A stretch of 64,000 bases of DNA from an uncultured Peptococcaceae bacterium (lineage in GTDB: Bacteria; Bacillota; Dehalobacteriia; UBA4068; UBA4997), in assembly GCA_965149945.1 (NCBI GenBank), contig CBCTTQ010000001.1, positions 60,637 to 124,636 on the forward strand. The letters run 5' to 3'. Below the pieces are notes generated by a model. That model ran no database searches and was not told the DNA's origin. It was given only the letters and a program-made list of their open reading frames with translations. Position numbers and translations under genes: made by a program. Shown here piece by piece: positions 1-10,349 of this stretch (the first letter of the stretch is position 1; each line of letters starts with the position of its first letter).

Positions 1-249
1 CAATAGCGCCAGATCGATGGCGGAAGCGCCTGCCGTCATAGCGCGCACCAGCTTGTGGTGTCCGGGTACATCGATGAGATCCGCCGCTAAATCTTCCGAA
101 AGCCGCCAAAGGGCGTAGCCGGGGCGGATGGTGATGCCCCGCGCTTTTTCTTCGGGCAGGCGGTCGGTGTCTGTTCCTGTCAGCGCCTTGGTCAGGGCGG
201 TTTTGCCGTGGTCGACATGTCCGGCGGTGCCGATGATGATTCTGCGCAA
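1..249 (-). CDS. selB: selenocysteine-specific elongation factor SelB, N-terminal GTPase part (gene continues beyond window start)
   Basis: Minus-strand frame reads [38 protein letters not shown] (GTPase G1/G2 motifs). TTG start at 249-247 sits 7 nt after a GGAGG. Lies directly downstream of selA. Absent from the ORF track because it is truncated. Confidence 0.7.
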   Translation of the reverse strand, partial: MRRIIIGTAGHVDHGKTALTKALTGTDTDRLPEEKARGITIRPGYALWRLSEDLAADLIDVPGHHKLVRAMTAGASAIDLALL

Positions 250-336
250 GGGATTGCCTCCTTTCGTCGGGGTTTCTTTTGGTCGGTGTTTTGGCGGCGC
301 CTTTTCGGGGGCGGCATGACGGGGCGCCGCGGACCG

Positions 337-1746
337 TTACAGAGAGCAGGCGGCGGCGGCTTCCGCGATCAAATCCAAATCACCCTCCAGCAGAGTACGG
401 GTGTCCAGTTGATAGGCGTTGTCGTGGATGTAGCCGATGATAGGGACTTTGGCGGCGCGCATTTCTTTTGCCAGCCGGTTCAGGTTGTCCACTCCTTCGA
501 TTCGTACAACACAGGTGGGCAGCTTCACATCGGGCAGAGAACCGCCTCCTACCAGTCCTTTGGTGTAGGATAGGGAGATTTCCCAGTTATCTTTGACTTC
601 TGCCAGCCGGTTCGCCAGGGTTTGAGCCGTGGCTGCCAGTTCTTGGGCGGATTTGGTCAGGCAGCGCAGGACGGGGATTTTGCTCAGCGCCTCTTGGGGA
701 CGGCGATAACAGCGCAGGGTGCCTTCCAAAGCCGCCAAAACCATTTTGTCAGGGCGCAAGGCGCGGGTCAGAGGATTTTCATAGATGGTGCGGATGTGTT
801 CCCGATCTCCCAGGATGATGCCGCATTGGGGACCGCCCATTAATTTATCCCCGCTGAAGGTGATGAGATCCATTCCGGAGCGAATCAGTTTTTTCATGGT
901 GGATTCGTTGCCGATGCCCAATCCCGTCAGCGGATAGAGGGCGCCGCAGCCCCAGTCATAGATAGTGGTAACGCCGTGTTCCCGCCCCAGATGAGCGATT
1001 TCCGAAAGGTCGGGGGTTTCCACAAAGCCGCTCATATAAAAATTGCTGGGATGGACTACCAAGAGAACGCCGGTGTTTTCGTTGATGGCGCGGCGATAAT
1101 CTTCAATACGGGTTTTGTTGGTGGTGCCGATTTCATGGAGACGGACCCCGCTTTTTTCCATAATTTCGGGTACTCGAAAGGAGCCGCCGATTTCCACCAG
1201 CTGCCCGCGGGAGATGACGCCTTCTTTGTTTTGACCGAAGGTATTCAGCGCTAACAAAATGGCGGCGGCGTTGTTGTTGACCACCAGACAGTCTTCTGCT
1301 CCTGTCACCTGACAGAGGAGATCATGGACGTTGGCAAAGCGGCTTTTGGCGCGTTCGCCGCTTTCCAAATCGATTTCCAAATTGCAATAGCCGCGGATCA
1401 CCTGGTTGACGCCTTCGATGGCGGGTTCCGCCAGGGGCGCCCGTCCCAAATTGGTGTGGAGAACGATGCCGGTGGCGTTTACCACCTTGCGCGTCCGCAG
1501 ACCGCAATAGGCGGCAGCGGACAGCCGACGGCAGAGAGAATCGGTCAAAGCCCGCCGAAATTCTTCCTTGGAAGCGTAGCGGCTGCTGATTTCCGCGGGA
1601 TGTTCCCGCAGCGCTTCCCGCCAGTGGTTCACCTCCTGCCGCGCCAGATCGACTTTTTCCGTTTGCTCCATATCTTGAAAAGCAGTCACCTCCGGACTGC
1701 TTAACAGATGTTCGATGGAAGGAATCCATCGGAATAGATTGCTCAT
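337..1746 (-). CDS. selA: L-seryl-tRNA(Sec) selenium transferase (selenocysteine synthase)
   Basis: 469-aa ORF with a typical SelA sequence (PLP fold-type I; ..GCGALYPLTGLGIGNESTMKKLIRSGMDLITFSGDKLMGGPQCGII..). Followed by selB. Confidence 0.9.
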   Translation of the reverse strand: MSNLFRWIPSIEHLLSSPEVTAFQDMEQTEKVDLARQEVNHWREALREHPAEISSRYASKEEFRRALTDSLCRRLSAAAYCGLRTRKVVNATGIVLHTNLGRAPLAEPAIEGVNQVIRGYCNLEIDLESGERAKSRFANVHDLLCQVTGAEDCLVVNNNAAAILLALNTFGQNKEGVISRGQLVEIGGSFRVPEIMEKSGVRLHEIGTTNKTRIEDYRRAINENTGVLLVVHPSNFYMSGFVETPDLSEIAHLGREHGVTTIYDWGCGALYPLTGLGIGNESTMKKLIRSGMDLITFSGDKLMGGPQCGIILGDREHIRTIYENPLTRALRPDKMVLAALEGTLRCYRRPQEALSKIPVLRCLTKSAQELAATAQTLANRLAEVKDNWEISLSYTKGLVGGGSLPDVKLPTCVVRIEGVDNLNRLAKEMRAAKVPIIGYIHDNAYQLDTRTLLEGDLDLIAEAAAACSL

Positions 1747-2050
1747 AGGACATTCCTCTTTCTTTTCCTGTGGTTTTGTAAAAAGCGGTTCCGTTTTCTA
1801 TACTCTTTTTTCTGTCTTTTTCTTCTTTTGCCGCCTCATCGACCGAAGGCTTTTTCGTGTTTTGTTCGCGGCGGCAAAAGGAGCTCTTTTTCATTATGCC
1901 ATATTTCAGCGGGAAAATAAAGGGCTTCCTCCGAACAGCAAAAAACGCGAAAAAACGGACAGACGGCGGTAAAATTTTTCAAAGGGGGAAACGCAATATC
2001 CGCCAAGTTTCGGCATAAACTGTAGAACCTGAGGAAAATGGGGTGATCAT

Positions 2051-2761
2051 GTGTTGAAAGATATTTTGTATTTGCTGACCTGCGCTTTGCCCTGCATGGG
2101 TTTTTTGCTGGGCTATCTCTCCGGTACGGCTTTTCCCCGCCCTCTTTCGGAAGCGGAAGAACGGGAATGTCTGGAACGCTGCGCCGCCGGAGATAAAGAG
2201 GCTCGCGACCGTCTGATCGAGCATAACCTGCGGCTGGTGGCGCACATCGCCAAAAAATTTGAATCCACCGGCATCGACAAAGAAGATCTTATTTCCATCG
2301 GCACCATCGGACTCATTAAAGCCGTCAATACCTTTGACGCGAGTAAAAACATTCGGGTGGCTACCTACGGCGCTCGCTGCATCGAAAACGAAATTCTTAT
2401 GTACATCCGCAGCACCAAAAACGCCCGCAATGAATGTTATCTGGGAGAGCCCATCGGCAAAGACAAAGAGGGCAATGAGATGACCCTGCAGGAGACATTG
2501 GGTACCGAGCCGGGCGAAATCCTGGACAAAGTGGAGGCGGACGACGATGTGCGGGTGCTGGGGGAGGTCTTTGACGTGTTGACTCCCAAGGAACAATATG
2601 TCATCATCCACCGTTACGGTCTGGGACAGCGGGAAGAAAAGACCCAGCGAGAGATCGCCGCCGCTTTGGGGATTTCCCGCTCGTACATTTCCCGCATTGA
2701 AAAAAAAGCCGTCGGCAAACTGCGTAAAGCTATCGGCGAACGGGAAAAACGAGAACGCTGA
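2051..2761 (+). CDS. sigK: RNA polymerase sporulation sigma factor pro-sigma-K
   Basis: 236 aa with near-identical blocks to B. subtilis SigK: AFPRPLS pro-sequence junction, LIEHNLRLVAHI, PIGKDKEGNEMTL, EKTQREIAAALGISRSYISRIEKKA. Gene is uninterrupted (no skin-like insertion). GTG start. Confidence 0.88.
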   Translation: MLKDILYLLTCALPCMGFLLGYLSGTAFPRPLSEAEERECLERCAAGDKEARDRLIEHNLRLVAHIAKKFESTGIDKEDLISIGTIGLIKAVNTFDASKNIRVATYGARCIENEILMYIRSTKNARNECYLGEPIGKDKEGNEMTLQETLGTEPGEILDKVEADDDVRVLGEVFDVLTPKEQYVIIHRYGLGQREEKTQREIAAALGISRSYISRIEKKAVGKLRKAIGEREKRER

Positions 2762-2886
2762 GTTCGCCGTCTTCCGCCGTGTTCGGCAATATCTGTCGCG
2801 GCGGCGGGTTTCGGGCGGCGGAGCTTTTCACGAAGCGGCAAAGCGAAAAGAGAAGGGGTTGTTCCCGCTTTTTGCCGTGATGTTTC

Positions 2887-2917
2887 GGCGGGCAGCGTGC
2901 TGCCCGCCGATTTTTTG
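2887..2917 (+). terminator. rho-independent terminator downstream of sigK
   Basis: GGCGGGCAG-cgtg-CTGCCCGCC hairpin followed by GATTTTTTG. Confidence 0.5.
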
Positions 2918-3350
2918 CCGGGCTTTGTATCCTTCGGGGCGTTCCTCGAACCCCTCTTCGAGCGGGAAATCCGTCGCTTTTCTGTTTCATTCGTCTGTTT
3001 CATTCGGCGGTTTCCCGTTCCCCGTGATTTTGGCTTTTGGGCGCTTGTCGCGGTTTTGTCCGTCGGAGAAGAGAAAATCGAGAGACGCGGCGGCTCGTTG
3101 TCGCCTCTCGTATAAGACAGAGTCTGTTAAGAACTTGTGTTTTCTGTTCTTTCCTCGAATCTTCTGACTCGTTTTCCCATCGCCGCTTCCGATTTTTCCG
3201 CCTTTTGAATTTTTTTCTGAGATAACATCCGCCCAACGCCCGCGCCGTTCGGTGTTCTTTTCGTCTTCTTTACGCGGGGCGCCTGTTTTATCCGCGCGCC
3301 GTTTTAGAGCGAAAAGGGTGAAAATTCCCTGAAAAAATGGCGTTTCATTC

Positions 3351-3379
3351 TTGCGTCGTAAAAATAAGTATGCTATAAT
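3351..3379 (+). promoter_or_regulatory. putative sigma-A promoter of secG
   Basis: TTGCGT, 17-nt spacer, TATAAT. Lies 60 nt upstream of the secG RBS. Confidence 0.45.
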
Positions 3380-3442
3380 AGGATAGTTATAGATAGTGGA
3401 TATCCGAAGACCGGATGCAGACTGATTTTGGAGGTATTTTTC

Positions 3443-3664
3443 ATGACCGTTTTTTTATCTATTGTTGAAATTATCGTCGCACTGGGATTGATTGTGTCTA
3501 TTTTGCTGCAGTCCAGCAAATCCGCGGGATTGTCCGGTTCCATTGCCGGCGGGGCGGAAACCTTCTTTGGGAAAAAGAAAGGGATCGACCAGAAACTGAG
3601 CCGTATTTCCACTGTGCTGGGCGCTATTTTCCTGGTAATTCCCATCATCATCGCCTTGGTTTAA
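3443..3664 (+). CDS. secG: preprotein translocase subunit SecG
   Basis: 73-aa, two-TM protein. MTVFLSIVEIIVALGLIVSILLQSSKSAGLSGSIAGGAE.. matches the SecG family. GGAGG 7 nt before the ATG at 3443 (the ORF-track start at 3428 is an upstream TTG). Confidence 0.85.
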   Translation: MTVFLSIVEIIVALGLIVSILLQSSKSAGLSGSIAGGAETFFGKKKGIDQKLSRISTVLGAIFLVIPIIIALV

Positions 3665-3771
3665 GGGATCGTTGATTGCCGCGGAAAGGGGGGACATGCC
3701 CGGTTTCTCTCCTCGTTTCTTCGGCAAAAGATTGATAAAGATTAATATTTTTTTAGGAGGGAATTGTAACA

Positions 3772-5835
3772 ATGAGTTCTTTGTACTTTTTGGCTCCCGT
3801 CGCCGGTATTTTGGCTCTGCTGTTCGCGGTTGTTTTGGCGAAACGCGTAACCAAAGTAGACCCCGGCAACAGCAGAATGGTGGAAATCATGAATTCCATT
3901 CATGAAGGCGCCATGGCGTTTTTGGGCCGCCAATACAAAACGCTGATCATTTTTGTTATTTGTCTGGCCGCGATCATCGCCATTATCGGCTTTGTGACCA
4001 CCGGGGACGGCAGTATGGATCCCATGACCGCCATTCCGTTTATAGTGGGCGCGTTCTGCTCGATTCTTGCCGGGAACATCGGCATGCGCATCGCCACCAA
4101 AGCCAACGCCAGAACCGCCAACGCCGCGCAGCAGGGCGGTGTTAACAAAGCCCTGACCGTGGCTTTCTCCGGCGGCGCCGTAATGGGGATGTGCGTAGTC
4201 GGTCTCGGTTTGCTTGGTCTTGGTATTGTTGTTTTGATTTTCTACGGAAATGATGCTGTTATCAATGGGTTCTCCCTGGGGGCTTCCTCCGTCGCGCTGT
4301 TCGGTCGTGTGGGCGGCGGGATTTACACCAAAGCCGCTGATGTGGGCGCCGACCTGGTAGGGAAAGTGGAAGCCGGTATTCCGGAAGACGATCCCCGCAA
4401 CCCGGCGGTTATCGCCGACAATGTCGGGGATAATGTCGGAGACGTTGCCGGGATGGGTTCTGACTTGTTTGAATCTTATGTAGGTTCTATTGTCGCCGCT
4501 ATCGCCCTGGGCGCCTCCCTGTCCATCGGTATGAACGGCGAAGGGGTTTTGGCTCCGTTGATGATTTCCGCCATCGGGATTGTGGCTTCCATCATCGGGA
4601 CCTTCTTTGTACGGACAACAGAAGGCAGAAATCCTCAAAAAGCTCTCAACACCGGTACTTATGTAGCCACTCTGCTTTCGGTTATCGGTACGCTGGCGGT
4701 TTGTTACTTCATCCTGCGTCCCGCCGAAACAGATATTTCCACCTGGGCGGATACTTCCTTTGGTTGTCCGTTCTGGTTGGGCGTCTTCATCGCTTCTGTG
4801 GCCGGTCTGTTGGCAGGTTCCGCCATCGGCAAATTGACGGAATACTATACCGCCGCGGAATATAAACCTGTAAAAGAAATCGCGCAGTCTTGTGAAACAG
4901 GGACTGCCACCAATATCATCTCCGGTATCGCTACCGGTATGAAATCCACTGCTATGCCGATTATCGTTATCGCCATCGGCATCTTGCTGGCTTACTACTT
5001 TGCCGGTCTGTACGGTATCGCTATCGCCGCGGTCGGCATGTTATCCACCACCGGTCAGGTGGTAGCGGTTGACGCCTATGGTCCCATCTCCGACAATGCC
5101 GGCGGCATCGCGGAAATGGCGGGTTTGGATCACTCTGTTCGTGAAATTACCGATAAACTGGACTCTGTCGGCAACACCACCGCCGCCATCGGGAAAGGGT
5201 TTGCCATCGGTTCCGCCGCTCTGACCGCGTTGGCTTTGTTGTTCTCCTATACTACGGCGGTCGGCATTGAAACCATCGATGTGATGACTCCGAAAGTAAT
5301 CGTCGGCTTGTTCATCGGCGGTATGCTGCCCTTTGTGTTCTCCGCTATGGCGATGAACGCTGTCGGTCGTTCCGCGGAAAAAATGATTGTGGAAGTTCGC
5401 CGTCAGTTCAGAGAAATCACCGGTCTGATGGAAGGCAAAGCCAAACCGGATTACGCGCGCTGCGTGGACATCTCCACTGCCGCCGCTCTTCGGGAAATGG
5501 TTGCCCCTGCTTTGATGGCTGTGGTAGCGCCTATTTTGGTCGGCGTGATTTTGGGACCCACCGCTTTGGGCGGCATGTTAGCGGGCGCTTTGGTTTCCGG
5601 TTTCCTGCTGGCCATTATGATGGCAAACGCGGGCGGCGCCTGGGATAATGCTAAAAAGTACATTGAAGAAGGTCATTTCGGCGGCAAAGGCTCCGATGCT
5701 CATGCCGCGGCTGTAAACGGCGACACCGTCGGCGACCCCTTCAAAGATACCGCCGGTCCCTCCATCAACATCCTGATCAAATTGATGACCATCATTTCCT
5801 TGGTATTCGCGCCTTTCTTCGCGATGTTTATGTAA
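3772..5835 (+). CDS. hppA: membrane-bound proton/sodium-translocating pyrophosphatase
   Basis: 687-aa polytopic protein carrying the V-PPase signature [18 protein letters not shown] and the conserved C-terminal [24 protein letters not shown]. Confidence 0.9.
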   Translation: MSSLYFLAPVAGILALLFAVVLAKRVTKVDPGNSRMVEIMNSIHEGAMAFLGRQYKTLIIFVICLAAIIAIIGFVTTGDGSMDPMTAIPFIVGAFCSILAGNIGMRIATKANARTANAAQQGGVNKALTVAFSGGAVMGMCVVGLGLLGLGIVVLIFYGNDAVINGFSLGASSVALFGRVGGGIYTKAADVGADLVGKVEAGIPEDDPRNPAVIADNVGDNVGDVAGMGSDLFESYVGSIVAAIALGASLSIGMNGEGVLAPLMISAIGIVASIIGTFFVRTTEGRNPQKALNTGTYVATLLSVIGTLAVCYFILRPAETDISTWADTSFGCPFWLGVFIASVAGLLAGSAIGKLTEYYTAAEYKPVKEIAQSCETGTATNIISGIATGMKSTAMPIIVIAIGILLAYYFAGLYGIAIAAVGMLSTTGQVVAVDAYGPISDNAGGIAEMAGLDHSVREITDKLDSVGNTTAAIGKGFAIGSAALTALALLFSYTTAVGIETIDVMTPKVIVGLFIGGMLPFVFSAMAMNAVGRSAEKMIVEVRRQFREITGLMEGKAKPDYARCVDISTAAALREMVAPALMAVVAPILVGVILGPTALGGMLAGALVSGFLLAIMMANAGGAWDNAKKYIEEGHFGGKGSDAHAAAVNGDTVGDPFKDTAGPSINILIKLMTIISLVFAPFFAMFM

Positions 5836-5851
5836 GGGTTATTCTGAAAAT

Positions 5852-5886
5852 AAAAGCGTCTCGCTCGGCGAGACGCTTTTTTTATT
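5852..5886 (+). terminator. rho-independent terminator of hppA
   Basis: AAGCGTCTCGC-tcgg-CGAGACGCTT followed by a T7 run. Confidence 0.6.
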
Positions 5887-6550
5887 GTTTTCTTTTTTCT
5901 GTAGCCGTGTCTTTTCCCTTTTCTCTCCAATCTCTTTCTCAAATTGTCTTTTTCGATTTTTCCGCGAATTTCTTCCGGACTGGTTTCTTGTTTTTCCAAT
6001 CTGTTTTCCGCGAACCATTTGTAAATTTTTTCCGCGAAAGCCTTTCGGTAACAGTTTTCAACAGTTTTTTAAAATGTTTTTTTTGATTTCTTCTCTGATT
6101 TCGTTCTTGGTTCTTTTGTGATCCGTTTTCCCGCTTTTGGTTTTTTTGAGTTTTTTTATTGTCACGTTTGATTCGCTTTCTTTTTCGGTGTGTTCCCGTT
6201 GTTATCGCCCTTGGTTTCTCCTTCTCTTGGGGCGGTTTTTGACTTTCTTTTGGAGTTTTCCCTGAGGGTATGGGGAACAGCGAAAGGAAAAAAGGTGAAA
6301 AACGAAACAGACAAAGGAATGAAAGCTGATGGGCGCGGGAGAAAGATGGTGATGAATAGGGGAAACGGACGGCAACAAGGGGAACAGGGAAGTTTCTTTA
6401 TTGGGAAATCGACAGGAAGGAAGCGAAGGGAAGCCGGCAAAACGGCGAAGAAAGAGAGCGGCAAGGGACAGGCGGTGAAAAGGGGAGAAGAGCGACCGCG
6501 ACGGAGCGGAATGAAAAGAAACGGGAGAAGCCGCCCTAAAAAAACATATA

Positions 6551-6582
6551 AAAAGAAGCGCTTTTTTAGCGCTTCTTTTTTG
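6551..6582. terminator. bidirectional hairpin terminator downstream of the minus-strand pspC-like gene
   Basis: GAAGCGC-ttttttа-GCGCTTC palindrome flanked by A-run and T-run. Confidence 0.5.
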
Positions 6583-6632
6583 CATGAAGAATGTTATGGA
6601 ATTTTCTTTGTTTGTTGCGGGTTTTGGCGCGG

Positions 6633-6836
6633 TTACACATCATAATAGTCCGGTTCCTCGGGGATGATAAGAGAAGCGATAAAATAGATCAAGAGACCGC
6701 CCAGCACGGCGGTGCAGATGCTGATTACCACCACCAGCAGACGGATCACCGTCACATCTAAATTGCAATAGTCGGACAAACCGCCGCACACACCGGTGAT
6801 CATGCGTTTTTCCTTGGAACGGTAGAGTTTTTTCAT
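6633..6836 (-). CDS. PspC-domain membrane protein
   Basis: 67 aa. MITGVCGGLSDY.. is the PspC-domain signature, followed by one TM helix. AAAGGAG RBS. Only 21 bp downstream of the glnS stop, so probably co-transcribed. Confidence 0.7.
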   Translation of the reverse strand: MKKLYRSKEKRMITGVCGGLSDYCNLDVTVIRLLVVVISICTAVLGGLLIYFIASLIIPEEPDYYDV

Positions 6837-6857
6837 GCCGTGCAGACTCCTTTGCGT

Positions 6858-8540
6858 TTATTTTTGAGGTTCTTGTTTGGGTTGCTGTTTTTTCCAGCGA
6901 TCTTTCAAAGAAACGATGCGGTTAAAGACGAAATGATCGTTTTCCGAATCCTGATCCACGCAGAAATAACCGGTGCGCATGAACTGGAATTTTTCGCCTA
7001 CCATGGCATAGAGTTTTTCCATTTTGGCTGTTTTGATTTCCAGAGAGTGGGGATTTAAGGTGGAGATGAAGTCGGTTCCTTCCGGTACGTCGTAGGGATT
7101 TTCCCGAGTGAACAGGTAATCATACAGCCGTACTTCCACATCCATGGCGTTCCGCGCGTCTACCCAGTGGATGGTGCCTTTCACTTTTTTGCCGCTGTTA
7201 TCGCAGCCGCTTTTGGTTTCGGGGTCATAGGTGCAGTGGATTTCCCGGATTTCTCCCGCTTCGTCTTTGACCACATGGTCACAGCGGATGATATAAGCCC
7301 CCTTCAGCCGCACTTCTCCTTCCGGTTTCAGGCGGAAATATTTACGGGGCGGGTTTTCCATAAAGTCGGAACGTTCGATATATAATTCCCGACTGAAGGA
7401 GACCATCCGTTTGCCCCGTGATTCATCTTCAGGGTTATTTTCGATGGGCATCATTTCCTGTTGATCGTCGGGATAATTGTCAATGATTACTTTGACCGGA
7501 TCCAGCACACACATGACTCGGTCGGCTTTTTTGTTCAGTTCTTCCCGAATGCAGTGTTCCAACAGGGCGATGTCCACTATGCTGTCGGCTTTGGCTACGC
7601 CGATGCGCTCACAGAAATCCCGAATGGACTCCGGTGTATAGCCGCGGCGCCGAATGCCGGAAATGGTGGGCATTCTGGGATCGTCCCAGCCGCTGACATA
7701 ACCTTCTTCGACCAGCCGCCGCAAAAAACGCTTGCTCATGACGGTATTGGTCAGATTTAACCGCGCGAATTCAATCTGTCGGGATTTGCAGGGTAAGTCT
7801 AAATTTTCCAGTACCCAATCATACAGGGGACGATGGATTTCAAATTCCAGCGTGCAGATGGAATGGGTAATACCTTCCAGCGAGTCGGAAATCGGGTGGG
7901 CAAAGTCGTACATGGGATAGATGCACCAAGTGTCGCCGGTGCGATGGTGGTGACTGTGCTGGATGCGATAGATCACCGGATCCCGCATGATGAAATTGGG
8001 CGACGCCAAATCGATTTTGGCGCGCAGGGTGTACTGCCCGTCGGCAAATTCCCCCGCCCGCATTCTGGCAAATAAATCCAGGCTCTCTTCAATAGGACGG
8101 TCTCGATAGGGGCTTTGGGCGGGTACGCCGATGCTGCCTCGATATTCCCGCATTTGATCGGCGTCCAGCTGACAGACATACGCTTTACCGTCTTTGATCA
8201 GCCGCACGGCGCATTCGTACATTTTTTCAAAATAATCGGACGCGAAGTACAGCCGATCGCCCCAGTTGAAACCCAGCCAACGAATGTCCCGTTTGATGGA
8301 TTCAATATATTCTTCTCCCTCTTTGGAAGGATTGGTATCGTCAAAGCGCAGATTGCAAAGCCCTTCGTATTTTTTCGCCGTGCCGAAATTCAGGCAGATG
8401 CTTTTGGCGTGTCCGATGTGCAAATAGCCGTTGGGCTCCGGCGGAAAGCGGGTGTGTATATGATGATCAAAACGACCGTTTTCCAAATCTTCGTCGATTT
8501 GCGCGTGAATAAAATTGTTAGCCATGATTTCTTCTGTCAT
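6858..8540 (-). CDS. glnS: glutamine--tRNA ligase
   Basis: 560 aa. [23 protein letters not shown] motif and the GlnRS-specific C-terminal anticodon-binding region. GGAGGG RBS before the ATG at 8540. Confidence 0.9.
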   Translation of the reverse strand: MTEEIMANNFIHAQIDEDLENGRFDHHIHTRFPPEPNGYLHIGHAKSICLNFGTAKKYEGLCNLRFDDTNPSKEGEEYIESIKRDIRWLGFNWGDRLYFASDYFEKMYECAVRLIKDGKAYVCQLDADQMREYRGSIGVPAQSPYRDRPIEESLDLFARMRAGEFADGQYTLRAKIDLASPNFIMRDPVIYRIQHSHHHRTGDTWCIYPMYDFAHPISDSLEGITHSICTLEFEIHRPLYDWVLENLDLPCKSRQIEFARLNLTNTVMSKRFLRRLVEEGYVSGWDDPRMPTISGIRRRGYTPESIRDFCERIGVAKADSIVDIALLEHCIREELNKKADRVMCVLDPVKVIIDNYPDDQQEMMPIENNPEDESRGKRMVSFSRELYIERSDFMENPPRKYFRLKPEGEVRLKGAYIIRCDHVVKDEAGEIREIHCTYDPETKSGCDNSGKKVKGTIHWVDARNAMDVEVRLYDYLFTRENPYDVPEGTDFISTLNPHSLEIKTAKMEKLYAMVGEKFQFMRTGYFCVDQDSENDHFVFNRIVSLKDRWKKQQPKQEPQK

Positions 8541-8566
8541 GCTCTTCTCCCTCCGTGTTTCCTGTT

Positions 8567-8629
8567 GTCCGCCCGCGGGCGGACAAAACTGTCTTATTTT
8601 ATTTTATACTGTTTACCGTGGATATGCAA
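8567..8629 (-). promoter_or_regulatory. putative glnS promoter plus 18-bp GC palindrome in the 5' UTR
   Basis: Minus strand: TTGCAT (8629-8624), 17-nt spacer, TAAAAT (8606-8601). Perfect palindrome GTCCGCCCGCGGGCGGAC at 8567-8584 sits between the predicted TSS and the RBS. Confidence 0.4.
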
Positions 8630-9178
8630 GTTTTTTCCCCATTTCCGCAGGAAATTTTCGGAATCCGTTTTTTACTTGCCGTTATTCCCTTCTCTCTTGA
8701 TGGTACCTGTCGTTATGCCGCTTGGTTTTTTTATCTGTTGTGGTTTCGTTTTTGGTGATTTCGCTGTTTTTGCCTAAAAACGTTATTTTTTTGCCGCCTT
8801 GTCAGGAAGAAAAAAGACAAGGAAAACAGCAACAAAGCGGGCTGCGGTCAGGCGGATCGAGACAAAAGACATCGAGCGCGGAAGAAAACACTCGAAAAAA
8901 AACCGAGACGGGAGTTACCAAAAAAGCGGTGTAATTGCCGAAAAAATAGGAAAAGAGAAAAACGTGAGAGGAATGGGGGAACGCGGCGAAAAAGACAACC
9001 GCGAAGCCGCCTGTATCGATTTTTTTCGCTTTTGCCCGTGATATGGGATGTGAAAAAAAGGCGCTTCTTCTTTCCTGTTACAGGATTAAAGAAACGCCGT
9101 CCGCGGGGGGCTCGTTGCCGTGATGCAGTCTGTCCGCTGCCGAAAACCCGTTGTTTTCAGGTGTTTTGAAAAGTGACG

Positions 9179-9526
9179 CTAGTTCGCTTCGTCCTTTAAT
9201 AAATATTTTTCAAAAGCTTTGTGAGGATCAAGGTGAACATTTTTAAAAAACAAGATCAGCCAAATCATGAAAGCCGGGACAGCGAAATAAGGTGTAAAAA
9301 AATAAGATAACACCGCGCCCAAAAACAAGACGCCGCTCCATGTAAAACATTGATTTCTCATATCACGAGCAATATAGGCCTTATCGTACAAAACCTGTTC
9401 TTCTTTCGGTAATGAATGAAAACCCGAGACAAATTCGGCCGTTCTCTCTTTCCCTATCGCGAAGAATACGCCGATCACCGCGAAAGGAATCACCAAAACC
9501 CCACATAGTAAAAATCCGATATTCAT
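9179..9526 (-). CDS. small membrane protein, DUF3784-like
   Basis: 115 aa from the ATG at 9526 (GGAGGA RBS). Two TM segments flank a ..SGFHSLPKEEQVLYDKAYIARDM.. segment typical of DUF3784. Last gene of the pot operon, in the position usually held by potD. Confidence 0.5.
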   Translation of the reverse strand: MNIGFLLCGVLVIPFAVIGVFFAIGKERTAEFVSGFHSLPKEEQVLYDKAYIARDMRNQCFTWSGVLFLGAVLSYFFTPYFAVPAFMIWLILFFKNVHLDPHKAFEKYLLKDEAN

Positions 9527-9536
9527 AAGATCCTCC

Positions 9537-10349
9537 TTAAACAGTCGGGTCTTTTTTGTTTTCATGGGAACCGCGCCAGTTGACCAGCGCCAAAAGCAGC
9601 AAAATCGTCAAAAACAGCAGCGTGGATACGGCGTTGACTTCCGGGCTGACCCCTTTTCTGGCCATGGCGTAAATGGAGATGGAAAGATTCTGTACTCCGT
9701 TGCCGGTGGTGAAATAACTGATGACAAAATCATCCAGCGATAAGGTAAAAGCAAAAATAGCGCCTGTGACAATGCCCGGCATCAGTTGGGGCAGTACTAC
9801 CCGCCGAAAAGCGGTAAAAGGCGAGGCGCCCAAATCCAGCGCCGCCTCATAGAGATTGGGTTTCAGCTGGTTCAGTTTCGGCAACACCGAAAGCGCCACA
9901 TAAGGCACACAGAAGGTGATATGAGCCAGCAGCAGACTGGTGAAGCCGAAGGGAATCCGCATGAAGATGAACAGCATCATCAGCGCTACCCCTGTCACAA
10001 TATCAGGATTCAGCACCGGCAGGTAGGTGGCGTTCATCACCAGCGCCTGAGGTGTTTTGCGCAGGCGGGCGATAGCCAGCGCCGCCGCCGTTCCGATGAC
10101 GGTGGAAATCAGCGCCGCCAGCACGGCGATGATTAATGTATAATAAAGGGCGCTCATGATTGCCTCGTTGGCAAACAGACTTTTGTACCAGTCCAGGGTA
10201 AAGCCGCCCCAGTTGCCGCGGTATTCGCTGGCGTTGAAGGAATAAATCATCAACACCAAAATGGGAGCATAGAGAAACAGAAAGATCAGAGAGAGATAAA
10301 AGAGTTTTCCCGCTTTCCACAGGCGTTTGCGGTGAACTTGTTTCATCAA
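9537..10349 (-). CDS. potC: spermidine/putrescine-type ABC transporter permease
   Basis: 270 aa, six TM, ABC-permease EAA-like loop (..LYEAALDLGASPFTAFRRVVLPQLMPGI..). Overlaps the potB stop by 4 nt. Confidence 0.85.
   Translation of the reverse strand: MMKQVHRKRLWKAGKLFYLSLIFLFLYAPILVLMIYSFNASEYRGNWGGFTLDWYKSLFANEAIMSALYYTLIIAVLAALISTVIGTAAALAIARLRKTPQALVMNATYLPVLNPDIVTGVALMMLFIFMRIPFGFTSLLLAHITFCVPYVALSVLPKLNQLKPNLYEAALDLGASPFTAFRRVVLPQLMPGIVTGAIFAFTLSLDDFVISYFTTGNGVQNLSISIYAMARKGVSPEVNAVSTLLFLTILLLLALVNWRGSHENKKDPTV

Noticed and set aside
1747-2050. tRNA-Sec (selC) expected next to selA
   Set aside because: No cloverleaf-capable sequence or GGTTCGA(A/T)TCC T-arm motif in the selA-sigK spacer.
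5885-6645. ORFs 5885-6121, 6162-6464, 6190-6645 and 6202-6585 in the hppA downstream region
   Set aside because: They translate homopurine or homopyrimidine low-complexity DNA (poly-Lys/Arg/Gly or Phe/Ser/Leu), overlap one another on both strands, and lack RBSs.
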